The translations under genes were made by a program, and so were the position numbers. The notes under the pieces were generated by a model, which saw only the letters and a list, made by a program, of their open reading frames with translations, was not told the origin of the DNA and did no database searches. A stretch of DNA of 64,000 bases from Takakia lepidozioides (lineage: Eukaryota > Plantae > Bryophyta), in NCBI GenBank assembly GCA_030704615.1, contig CM060731.1:72602001-72666000 (forward strand). Reading direction: 5' to 3'. This document shows, piece by piece, positions 39,758 through 50,226 of this stretch; the stretch's first letter is position 1, and every line of letters begins with the position of its first letter.

Positions 39758-41550
39758 TCACGGATCACCAGCCACTCAAGTGGTTGATGGAGTCAGACAA
39801 GCTTACGGGGAAGCTTGCACGGTGGGCACTTATACTCCAGGAGTATGACTTTCAGGTTGTGCATCGACCGGGTTTGGTCAATCGGGATGCGGATGGATTG
39901 AGTCGCAATCCATGCATGAGCCAGCAGGATGACACTGGAGCTCGGTGGCATGGTGAGACGGACGAGGAGATGGTGCCGGGATGGCACGCATCTGCATTTT
40001 TGTGTATCTTGGCATCGGGAGGTCAGATTGGACCTACAACAGGGATGACTGTAGACGGAGTGTCTGAGGACCCTGAGGCTAGTGATGAGCTAGGTGGTGC
40101 CAGAGATATACATGAGGATTCGGCTGTGTTGGACTACCTCCGCACGGGAGACACGGCAGCCATTGTGACTGCCAGGGAGAGGGATCGGATCCTGCAACGA
40201 GCCAAGAGGTTCAAGTGGGAGGGGATACACCTACTTCGAGTGTGGGAGGGTGGTCGGGTGAGGATTGTGCCTCACCCCACACAGCGTGCACGGTTAGTGC
40301 GGCATGCCCATGAGGAGTTGGGGCATTTTGGAGTGCGACGCACTCACAGTTTACTGCAGGGGCAGTATTGGTGGCGTGGTATGCATACAGAGGTGCAACA
40401 GTTTGTGGCTAGGTGCATGGTGTGTGACAGGGTGCGTGCTTCGTTTAACGCCCCTACACCACAGTTGCATCCTTTACCTATCATGGGATTGGGCTACAGA
40501 TGGAGTCTTGACTTCGCAGGACCGTTGCCACTGACTATGCGCCACCACAGATATGTGTTGGTGATGGTGGAGCACTTCTCCAAGTGGATTGAGTTGGTTC
40601 CATTGCCTGACAAGGCTAGTGAGGGGGCTGCGTATGCATTCTTGGATCGTGTGCTTAGCCGATTTGGTGCTCCAGCTGAGGTACTCACGGACCAAGGGAG
40701 AGAGTTCTTGGGGGAGTTTCAGGCTTTGTGTGATAAAGCCTTGATAGACCACCGCACCACTTCTCGGGATCATCCTGAGGCCGATGGCTTAGCAAAGAGA
40801 GTTGTTCAGATGGTGAAGAGGGGTTTGCGCAAGTATGGCTTGCAGAAGGGACACCTAGGAGATTGGGATCTTCAGGTTCCTTGGTTAGCCATGGGCTACC
40901 GGTTCAGCAAACAAGCATCACTTGCCTCCTTCTCACCATATTTCCTTCTCTTTGGCCGAGAGCCGGATTTGCCTGCAGCCATTCGTAGGGACACTGCTCA
41001 AGTCCTTAACCTTGACGATCCGGACGTGTGGGTACGTGCATGTGATCAGCGTGCAGAGTTGTTCAAGAAAGTCATGCCCATGGCTTTTGAGAACCTTGCC
41101 ATTGCATAGCACCGTGATACGTTGAGGTATGCCACTATACGTGGTGGAGGATATCGTCCTGGGGTTCGGAGGTTTAGCCCTGGTGACTATGTTTATTTGC
41201 AGCAGACTGCTCCTACGACTCTGGATGTTACTGCAGGGCGTGTTATTCTGAGGGTTCGAGAGGTGTTGCCCTCAGGGGTCCTGATCTTAGAGGGTCGGGA
41301 TGGCATGACTTGGAAAGACCATGTGCGTAATTGTGCGCCATGTCACCTTCCCAATGTCGATGGCAGAGTTGACCCAAACTTGGCAGTGGTACCTGCAGGT
41401 TTGAGGTGCATGCTCTGTGGGTCTGCCAAAGGGGCAGCCACCATGCTGGTGTGTGATCGGTGCTCAAGGGGTTGGCATATGGGATGCTTGACACCACCTC
41501 TTGAGAAGGTTCCTGACGGAGATTGGTTGTGTCCACACTGCTTGGGATAG
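39754..41550 (+). CDS. RNase H C-terminal remnant, DDE integrase and C-terminal PHD finger
   Basis: LVTDHQPLKWL..LARWALILQEYDF..HRPG..NRDADGLSR (RH end). HAHEELGH..CMVC (HHCC), LDFAGP, TDQG, DGLAKR (Lys where Glu is expected). TAG at 41107-41109, then in frame CMLC..CDRCSRGWHMGC..WLCPHC (C4HC3). Confidence 0.9.
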
Positions 41551-41808
41551 TGACAGTGGACATGACTGGAGGCAGCTAACAAGACATGGGAGGCCAAGCT
41601 CATAGGAGTCAATACATGAGATCCCAAGCTCAAGTTCACAGGTTGCAAGACGGCGACTAACGATGGGGCAACTCTTGCACCCGGCCTCTTGATCTACCGA
41701 GTTTGAGTGTAGTAGGGATAGTGGTGGAGGACTTAGTGAGGCTATGGTCACTATCACATCTTGTGGCTACCTGGACTTAGAGGGACCTAAGCACCAGCTA
41801 GGGGGGCG

Positions 41809-41998
41809 ATTGTGTGGACTAGTGACTGCCATAGTGGGCAGCGTAGTGGCAGCCTAGTGACTGACTAGTTGTAGCCTAGTGGTTGGACTAGTGGCTGGAC
41901 TAGTGGTAGACTAGTGGTATACTAGTGTGTGGTGTGCACATGTGTTGTGTGGTTTTGGACAGCGATGTAGTTGTGTAGCGATATGTATGCGCACGACA
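41809..41998 (+). repeat. Terminal repeat B1 (190 bp), rich in GACTAGTGG sub-repeats
   Basis: Matches 42328-42517 with one substitution. Begins just after the PPT. Confidence 0.95.
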
Positions 41999-42000
41999 GC

Positions 42001-42517
42001 TGTCAAGTTATTTTACCACTAGTGTGAAACTAGCTAGGAAATAGCTATCTTTTACATATTGACATTTGGGATTGGCCCAAGTGTCAATCCAGGGGTCAAG
42101 GCAGATTTAGGCCCTGGAGTGGTTATCTTCACGGCAAGCGCGGGAGGCTCATCTTTCTCGAGTTGAGCCTCACCGCGCCTAGCTATGGCGCCGTAGTGTG
42201 GATTCCCCATGGCGTGGGGTGCACTTGGCTTGACTTGTATTTGAGTGATGAGGTTATATATGCATGAGTTTATGCTTCAGCTTTGTGAGCTCTCATGAGC
42301 TTGTGCTTGTATTCTTCTTCTTTATCTATTGTGTGGACTAGTGACTGCCATAGTGGGCAGCGTAGTGGCAGCCTAGTGACTGACTAGTTGTAGCCTAGTG
42401 GTTGGACTAGTGGCTGGACTAGTGGTAGACTAGTGGTATACTAGTGTATGGTGTGCACATGTGTTGTGTGGTTTTGGACAGCGATGTAGTTGTGTAGCGA
42501 TATGTATGCGCACGACA
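42001..42517 (+). repeat. Terminal repeats A2 (42001-42326) and B2 (42328-42517)
   Basis: Direct comparison with A1 and B1. Confidence 0.95.
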
Positions 42518-44264
42518 CTTCTACCAAAGTCGAATTGAGAGTGTAGCCATTGTCTGGATCACTTGCAGGAGGTTTGAGACGGAAGCACACTAACGAAAAT
42601 GTTCGAGGTACCACGATCTATCCTCCTAGGCCCCAGGAAGATGTATCGTAATTTCCATTTTGTAATCACATCCACACAAATGAATAATTTCTGCTTGATC
42701 AGTAGGACATGAGGTAGTCCTACAATCATGTCGTGCATTTATGGTTTTGAACATGTCAGTGTCAGTGACAGAATGGGCAGGCAAGAAAGAACCTCATATC
42801 TGGAGTCTGTCCGCACAAGGCCTTCAAAGTACTCAGCATTATTTATGTGATCTCTGATGTAAGACCGCAAGCCTGATACGCCATGAAGACGCAATACCAT
42901 CCACAGCTTTAGAGACCTGTATCAAAAGTTTTGGTCAGAATCTTTCCTGGGAATTATTTTGGCCACTGGTCGCAGCATTACATGTTCAAATGGACTTTCT
43001 GGATTTTAAAACATCCATAAGCAAAGAGTGGGAACCTGTGCATTTTTGTGTTAGCAAGGAGTGTGGGGTAAGGATCAAATCAGGGAAGCAACTTAAGCGT
43101 GAGAAAAAAGAAGTTACAAGTCTTGGAGAGAAAGGCCAATATGTTGTCAACCTGAAACGTTGACCTAGTGGAATTTGCCAGTCTTTGTAATCCACAACCA
43201 GGTTTTCCTCTGATGCCTGCATCAAAATGCCATGTAGCAAAAGTGTTACATTGCACATCCACAAAAGTTGGAACATCTATATAAGTGCTGAGTAAAAACT
43301 CCACACGGACATGGGAAGGTAACCCGTGTCATTATTTCTGATCCAATGTCAAACTTAAACTGGCGGAACATAGAAAGTGTAGTCTTAACATTCAGTGACA
43401 AGCTGCCATCACCCCCATCGACTCATCACTGACAGCGGGTGTAGCACGTATATTATTATGCTCAAATTCATGGACATATACCATCATAAAAATCTTCATA
43501 GTGAGATTATTCCACTTTCTGAATGTGTCCAGAAAACTCAGCCATGATGTCGGCAAGCACTCAGGAGGCAAAAGGACATCCACAAATACTGTCAACGTTT
43601 AAGGAGGTGACGCAGCGGGAATGGAGGAGAAAGACATCCCACCATGCATACCTTATTCCGCAAATACTCTGGGTTGGTAGAGAGAGCTGCTACGAGCAGA
43701 CTTGAGTCCTGCAATGGATGGACATCAGAACTTTTTCTGGATGGATAATACAAAGTGTAACCTAAGCAAAAGCGGTTGACTATCGGTCCTCAAAATGTTG
43801 TCACTGGATTCCTCCATATTGAAAGGCAGAAGGCAGGCAGATGCTGTGGATAAGCAGAGGATTGGGGGGACTGCGTGATAACAGTGCAGCAAAATTATGA
43901 TCACTGGAGTTACATTTCGAGGTGATGGCATACACATGCATGGGAAGGGCCAAAAAGAGGAGCAAGGAGTACAGGTAATGTGTTCAGGCAACCTTGACCC
44001 ACAGTGTGGAGCAATCAAAGTTGGTGAGCAACCACTTGTGTGGATTCATAGGAGTCGGCCTTCTCTACGCCATTCAGATGGTGCCGAAACTCTGGGCAGA
44101 TGCATGCATTTCCTGCGAATGCTGCATCGACATGGAACCACATCCCATAGTTGGCATGCCCATACCATCCCACAGATCGGTATTGAAGTCCATCAGGATT
44201 GAGGGGAAAGCTATAAAATGACCAAAGGCATGCTGGTAAGCTGATTTCATCAACTGCAATAGAA

Positions 44265-44800
44265 TGTACTCATAAGACGTTGTTTGCCATAGCCTTGTGG
44301 CCATAGACCCCACACCAGTTTGGATGGAACAAAAGGGACCAGAAACTACCTTGTGAGGGGTTCACTCCGGTAGTGTGCAACTCACCTCGGCGTAAATAAG
44401 TAGTTTGGGCTTTCCAGATATCCTCTAGAAAGCCCTTCACACAAGCATCAATCTGTTGTGAGTGAGCAGCCCAAAAGGTAGACCCCAACAGGGCCAGGGA
44501 TTTAGGCTCAGCCTCGAGAATTTTTAAGTTGGTGAACAAGGTGCCGGGACAATGTTCTTGATCATCCTGAACAGGGTCATTCTATGGTGAAAATGCCCCA
44601 GACAATGTATCGGAAAATGGATATTGTCTTCAGGTACCCCACAACATCAGGCAATTACAATCTCCGCTTCCTCTCTACATCTGTTTATTGTTCAAAGGTT
44701 GGGTTCCCGCCCTGAGTTTAAATTTCAGTCTAGTGCCAAGGGTAGATAGGCCCTTGAGATCATCCTTAAGGTCCTCGCCCATGTCATGGACTGGAAACAA
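44265..44800 (-). mobile_element. LINE 3' fragment inside the decarboxylase intron
   Basis: Reverse complement resembles 10500-10970 and encodes RLKFKLRAG. Confidence 0.55.
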
Positions 44801-46257
44801 GTTCAAGGAAGTTTTAAATACCGAACTACACTCAACTTGCAATAGATAAAGCAGGAGAGGCTCAATGTGTGAGCCTGTCGCATATCATGGCATCCATCAG
44901 TTCGAAGAACTATGTGCATTCTATCTCATGTCAAGTGACTTGAGGAGCTCCTTCAAGGCTTTGACTCAGTATTTCACTGCAACACAGTGGTATCAAACAT
45001 AATATGGAAACAAGGGAAGTCTTTTGGAGTATCTCAGCTTAGGCATGGGTTAATGATGGTGATTCCTAGCAGTTTGATCCACAGCAGTGAATCAATATTT
45101 CATTGAAAAGAAACATGACATACAATAGCAATGTCGCCCAGTTCTGATAAGGGGTCGACAGCTGTTGATGACGTGGTCCCAACCTGCTACCCCAGTCCCA
45201 TCATGCATACAAGCATGTCAAACAGATGATCCAAGCGTCAAATTATGAAAGCTGGATATTTGTAACTCTAACCTCTCCAATAGATGCACTTGCCTCACAC
45301 ATCTTCTGCTATTAGCAGTTTGTTGTTGTGCAGCAATAATGAGTGGACTTTATGATCACATGGGGGCCATTCACACATAAATGCATTTTTGGTGCTAAGA
45401 TCACTAGCAGGTCAATACCCGCAAAGGGACCAGAAAGAAAACATATCAGTCCTGTCATGCAGATGATACTCCTAACAGACAAGCAGCCAGAATCCCTGTC
45501 CTCTACTGAAGAGAAGTACCATCCAGGCCCAGATACCAAGTTAATTTCAGCAGACGTTTAGATGTTTGGTACCGATGCAGTGAGAAAGAATGGCACAAGG
45601 CCAGCTGCAACATCATCCCCTATAGCTTTTGCAAGCTTTGCTGGTGACAAGGCATAGTTTGTAGAGGCATCTGTTTGTAGCGGTCGAAAATTGTTCATGT
45701 TGATGCCAGCTATCTGTATACGATCACAAAGACAGTTAGACAACGGGCACGTAAGGTCCAACCAGAAACAGGAGAAGAAGCAGGGAGGGGTAGTAAGAGC
45801 CTGGGGAGGATCTGTTGATTCTTGTGCGAGATGTCTACCTGGCAAGCCTTTTGCACACATGAATGGCCTTGATCCGAAGTGTACATGACAAGTTTACCCA
45901 GCGCTTCAGCCTCAGATATGCCATATGTGCTGGTCACTTCTTTCAAAGCACGGTTGCGGGCTGCCAGCATCACTACCAACACCGCCTCACTGGCAGTTCC
46001 TTGAATGACTCCCCCACCCTTGCCTGCCATTTCACACTCCCATCTTTTGGTGGATGGCCAGCCAACACTGCCCACTATCATAGCAAATGAATAGGAGTAT
46101 TCCAGTATCGCTGGCTCAGAATTGTGGACACTCAAAACACCTAGCTGGTAGGCAAGCTAGTGCACTGCCCTCATAACCATAGGTAGAGAATGGACTCATA
46201 ACATGTTGTTTGCTGTAGCATTTTGGCCATAGACCACACACCGAGTTTGGGTAGAAC

Positions 46258-46520
46258 TAAAGGGGACAGACTGTTTCAGCTTCCAATTTCACTAATGGGA
46301 ATGGTCACGCACGGACACGATGATGGAGCTTACGGTCAGTATTCTCTTGAGTTCTGGGTGGGAAATTCAAACTTTACAATTGGTTCTTTGGCACGTTACC
46401 TGCGCCAGCTGAAGAAGCCAACCTGAACATTTTCGATTACCAACTTGAAAACGAGTTTTTCGAATCATTTTTAAGAGGTAAATCGAGATGTTTGGATGCT
46501 CTTAAACCCTTCAGGCCGGA
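46258..46520 (+). mobile_element. Possible DNA-transposon protein fragment
   Basis: LPISLMGMVTHGHDDGAYGQYSLEFWVGNSNFTIGSLARYLRQL resembles transposon-derived proteins of seed-free plants (from memory; family not assignable). Confidence 0.35.
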
Positions 46521-46539
46521 AGACAAACGTGGTGCTTGA

Positions 46540-47450
46540 AAAAAACAAGAGAGAGGAGTCAAAACCAGAGCCAAACGCAGCCCAAAAGCAACTACTGCTC
46601 AAGGGATTGCCTAAGGGTCATTGCAGGTAACCTGCCAAGCATTTCTGATCCTCATAAACAGATCTCGTAATACAGAGGGCACCAAAAGAAGAAGTGCTCT
46701 TCTGTTTCAATTTCCTGGTGCAAGCTGGGCATAGGCTTGAGCTTATGGGACAAAATGGAAACAATCAAGAAAGAGGAGACAAAACCAGAGCCAAAAAGCA
46801 GCCCAAAAGCAACTACTGCTCAAGGGATTGCCTAGGTCAAAGCCTCCTGCACTTAAGCTGCCAAGCATTTCTGATCCTCATAATGGAGACTTCAGTGAGA
46901 GATTGAGTTCCACGGAATAGACAGTGGAATCCTGGCAACAGACATGGGTTTGGAAAGTTCGGCCTCCAAGTCAGATTTATCCAGCAGGGTCAAGGCCTTG
47001 TGTAGGTAAGCTGCCAAGCATTTCTGATCCTCATAGTTGGAAGACTCAGTGAGAGAGTGAGTTCCGTGGTCCTCCCGTTGCAGGTTTTCCCATCTGCCAG
47101 TCTCTATCCTTAGATTGTTTGGTGATGCCATGGTTGTTTGATGAGAGAGGAAACAAAACCAGAGCCCACAAAAAACAGCCCAAAAGCAACCACTGCTCGA
47201 GGGATTGTCTAAGCGTGAAGGCCTTGTGCAGGTAAGCTGCCAAGCATTTCTGATCCTCATAGTGGAAGACTTCAGTGAGAAATTGAGTTCGACAGTGGAA
47301 TCTCCCACGGATCTCGTAAAATAGAGGGCAATAAAAGAAGAAGTGTTTTTCAGTTTCCATTTCCTAGTTGCGCCCGGTGCAAGCTGGGCATAGGCGGTCC
47401 TCCCGTTGCAGGTTTTTGCATCTGCCCGTCTCTATCCGTATATTGTGGGA
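46540..47450 (-). repeat. Tandemly reiterated LINE ORF2 C-terminal fragments
   Basis: ctgccaagcatttctgatcctcata recurs at ~46632, 46858, 47011 and 47237. ETEKHFFFYCPLFYEIR is a zinc-finger-like remnant. Confidence 0.6.
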
Positions 47451-47465
47451 GCCCACCCTGAACCT

Positions 47466-50226
47466 TCACCAGTAATCCCCACAAGGGCAAACCCCATCTT
47501 GGAAGCAGTGAATCCCACTGGCATCCCGAACAACAATTGCTCGCCCAACAACCTTTGAGATGAACCTGGCATCCATGTGGCAGCCACCACAGCACCGAAG
47601 GTTCTTGTCGACACCGAAAGGTGTTCCAGGGGATGTGCTGATGAGGCCAAATGCAATAGCCAGCTTCTCACCATGGTAGCAAAGAGAGAGATCCTTTTGT
47701 TGCTCCTCCACATCCTGAAGTAGAAAGTTTGTATCAGGCGCATATCGAGCCTGGACCTTCATCTGGCATGACAATCTCTTCAACTCTACATGGATTTCCT
47801 CAATTTGAGGATCTGAATTGTCATCTGCAACGAATTTATGCACCCGCTTATCAACCACAATGCAGCAGCAATCTGGATCCTTTCTGACATCTCCGTTCAT
47901 CATCATTCTCTTCACCTTTGCAGTATCGTTCCACCTGCCAGGTGCAGCATAGATGCTTGGTAGTAGCACATAAGTGCCAGCCTCATATGGATCCCACTTG
48001 AGAAGGCATTTTGCTGCACGTTCTGCCACCTCCACATTGCCATAAATTCTGCAAGCACCAAGCAAAGCCCACCACACCACAGCATCTGGTTCAATTGGCA
48101 TTCTGTCAATGAAGTCCTCTGCCTCATCCAACTGCCCTGCACGGCCAAGAAGGTCCATCATGCAGAAAATGCCAAAACGTCCTCCTGTACAACTGGAAAA
48201 CCTCCATCATCGGCACTAGCATTGAATGCACTGTAGGCGTGAGGCCATACTCTCGAATCATGCAATGAAAGTAGTGACAGCCTTCATCTACTAGACCAAC
48301 ATGGCTACATGCAGAGACAAGACATATAAAGGTGACCACATTTGGCTTCAACCCTTCCTGTTGCATTTGTTCAAATAGTGGCAGGGCATCCCTACCACAC
48401 CCATGCTGAGAGCATATCCTGCCATCATTGCACTCCATGAGACAACATTTGGATAAGCCATGTTGTTGAACACTTGACGTGCATCCTTCATGCTCCCACA
48501 TTTGGAATACATGTCAGCAAGTGTGGTCTCCAGAATGACATCTGTTGCAATTCCAGCTTTGAGGATGTCAGAATGAACCTCTTTGCCCAGTCCCAAGGCT
48601 GCTAGGCTGGCACACGCTTTGAGGACAGAATTGAAAGTGACTATGTCGGGCATCACCCCTTCCAATACCATTTGATCATACATACCCACAGCCTCTATAC
48701 CATACCCATGCTGAGCATATCCTGCGGCCACAGCACTCCATGAGACCACATTTGCCTTCAAGCCTTCTTCCTTCATTAGTTCAAATAGTTGTAGGGCCTC
48801 CCTGCCACAACCATGCTGAGCATATCCTGTGACGCAATTCCAGCTTTCATGATGGCAGCATGAGCCTCTTCGCCTTTTTCCAGGGCCACCATGCTGGGCA
48901 CACACAGAATGCAAACATTGAGTGTTGGCGCAAGTTCTGGCCATGTCATTTGCTTCGTGAAATCATTCACTGTTACCAGGCGACACTGCAGTCACAAGAA
49001 AGAGCAAACTTTGGTCAGTGGGTGACATGGTGCTAGTCTAGCTGATATTGGCAGCAACATTGAAGATCTCAAACAGTTTTGAATAAATCTGCATTAAACC
49101 TTTAAGATACAGAAACGGCTAACCGGGAAGGCTATGCTTTGGTTGCCTAGGGAAAAACAGCAGGAGGGAAGCATTTTGCAGAATTTGCCATTGAAAAGAG
49201 TATTCAATAAACATGCAATTCCTCTTGGAACCTCAAGCTGTTGTGCTAGGTCAATGCCAAGTAGCAGGCTGGCTAGATCAGCAAGCAGATATTAGTAGCT
49301 GGTCATAACAGCTCACAAGCTGTACCAATTTGCAATGTAATGCACAGCCACATCCCTACATAATTATGTGTGTACAAACACCCTCATCCATAGAACATTG
49401 AAGGACTCAAGAGAGACTTACAGATTCTGCCAAAATCTTGAGGACTAAAACTCGAGTCCTTCTTCATGGGAGATTGCATCGTCCTCATTCCGTACATTTG
49501 GCATACATGTCAATAAGGGCAGTCTCCAGAATGATACCTGTTGCAACTCCAGATGGCAGCATGGACCTCTTTACCTGTTTCCAGGGCACCCAGGCCTGCA
49601 CACGCATTGAGAACACAAGTGAACGTGACCTTGTCTGGCATCACCCTTACCCCCATCATTTGCTCATAGATCTGAAGAGCCTCCCCGCCACAGCCATGCT
49701 GACTACTATCCTGCAATCATGACATTCCATGATACCACATCTTGTTTTGCCATATTATCAAATACTTCATGGGCATCCTTTATCCTCCCACATTTGGCAT
49801 ACATGTCGACAAGGGCAGTCTCCAGAATATCCTCTGGGAGCAATTCCAGCTGTCATGATGTCAGCATGAACCTCTTTGCCCTTCTCCAGGGCCATCATGC
49901 TGGCACACGCATTGAGAATGCAAATAAACGTGACTTTGTCCGACGTCATTCCTTCCTGCTTCCCTTTCACAGCCATGCTGAGCATATCTTGTGATCATAC
50001 ATTCCATGAGACAACATCTCTCAGTGCCATATTCTCGAATACTTTGACGGGCCTCCTTAACACTCCCACATTTGGCATGCATGTCGACAAGGGTATTCTC
50101 CAGAATTCTATCTGGTGCAATACCAGCTTTCACAATGTCAGCATGAACCTCCTTGCCCTTTTCCGGGGCTGCCAGGCTTGCGCATGCATTGAGAGCACAA
50201 ATGAACGTGACCCCATACGGCATCAC
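47466..50226 (-). pseudogene. PLS-class PPR-E-DYW gene(s), frameshifted, with complete but degenerate DYW domain
   Basis: ORF 48161-47466 contains DLLGRAG..WALLGAC..HGEKLA..KNLRCCGGCH..CPCGDYW*. Upstream PLS repeats are broken across frames at 48200-48930 and 49490-50226. Confidence 0.85.

Larger units (their letters stand above)
31910..42517 (+). mobile_element. Ty3/gypsy-like retroelement with DNA methyltransferase and PHD finger, permuted terminal repeats (A...B-A-B); non-autonomous (RT deleted)
   Basis: Ends TGTC (31910) and GACA (42517). 4-bp TSD CTTC at 31906-31909 and 42518-42521; removing the element and one TSD restores the host exon (..TLVEALNRKG..). PPT-like AGGGGGG at 41800-41806. 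gag, PR, DNMT, RH remnant, IN and PHD are all on the + strand. Confidence 0.92.
31296..46022 (-). pseudogene. Aromatic L-amino-acid (tyrosine/tryptophan) decarboxylase, PLP group II; disrupted
   Basis: Exons: ~46022-45840 (GGGVIQGTASEA..YTSDQGHSCVQKAC), 45716-45572, ~45184-45125 (VGTTSSTAVDPL), ~44150-43993 ([13 protein letters not shown], frameshift, [13 protein letters not shown]), 43708-43652 (LSTNPEYLRNK), ~43216-43152 (DYKDWQIPLG), ~42917-42793 (SLKLWMVLR), 42617-31868 (split by the retroelement) and 31487-31296 (RFAVG). N-terminal exons not found. Confidence 0.85.

Noticed and set aside
31910-42517. Classification as a DIRS/PAT/Ngaro element or a Ginger DNA transposon
   Set aside because: No tyrosine recombinase motifs seen. 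It has gag, protease, an RNase H remnant, a PPT, a DDE integrase and a TSD, which fit a gypsy-type retroelement.
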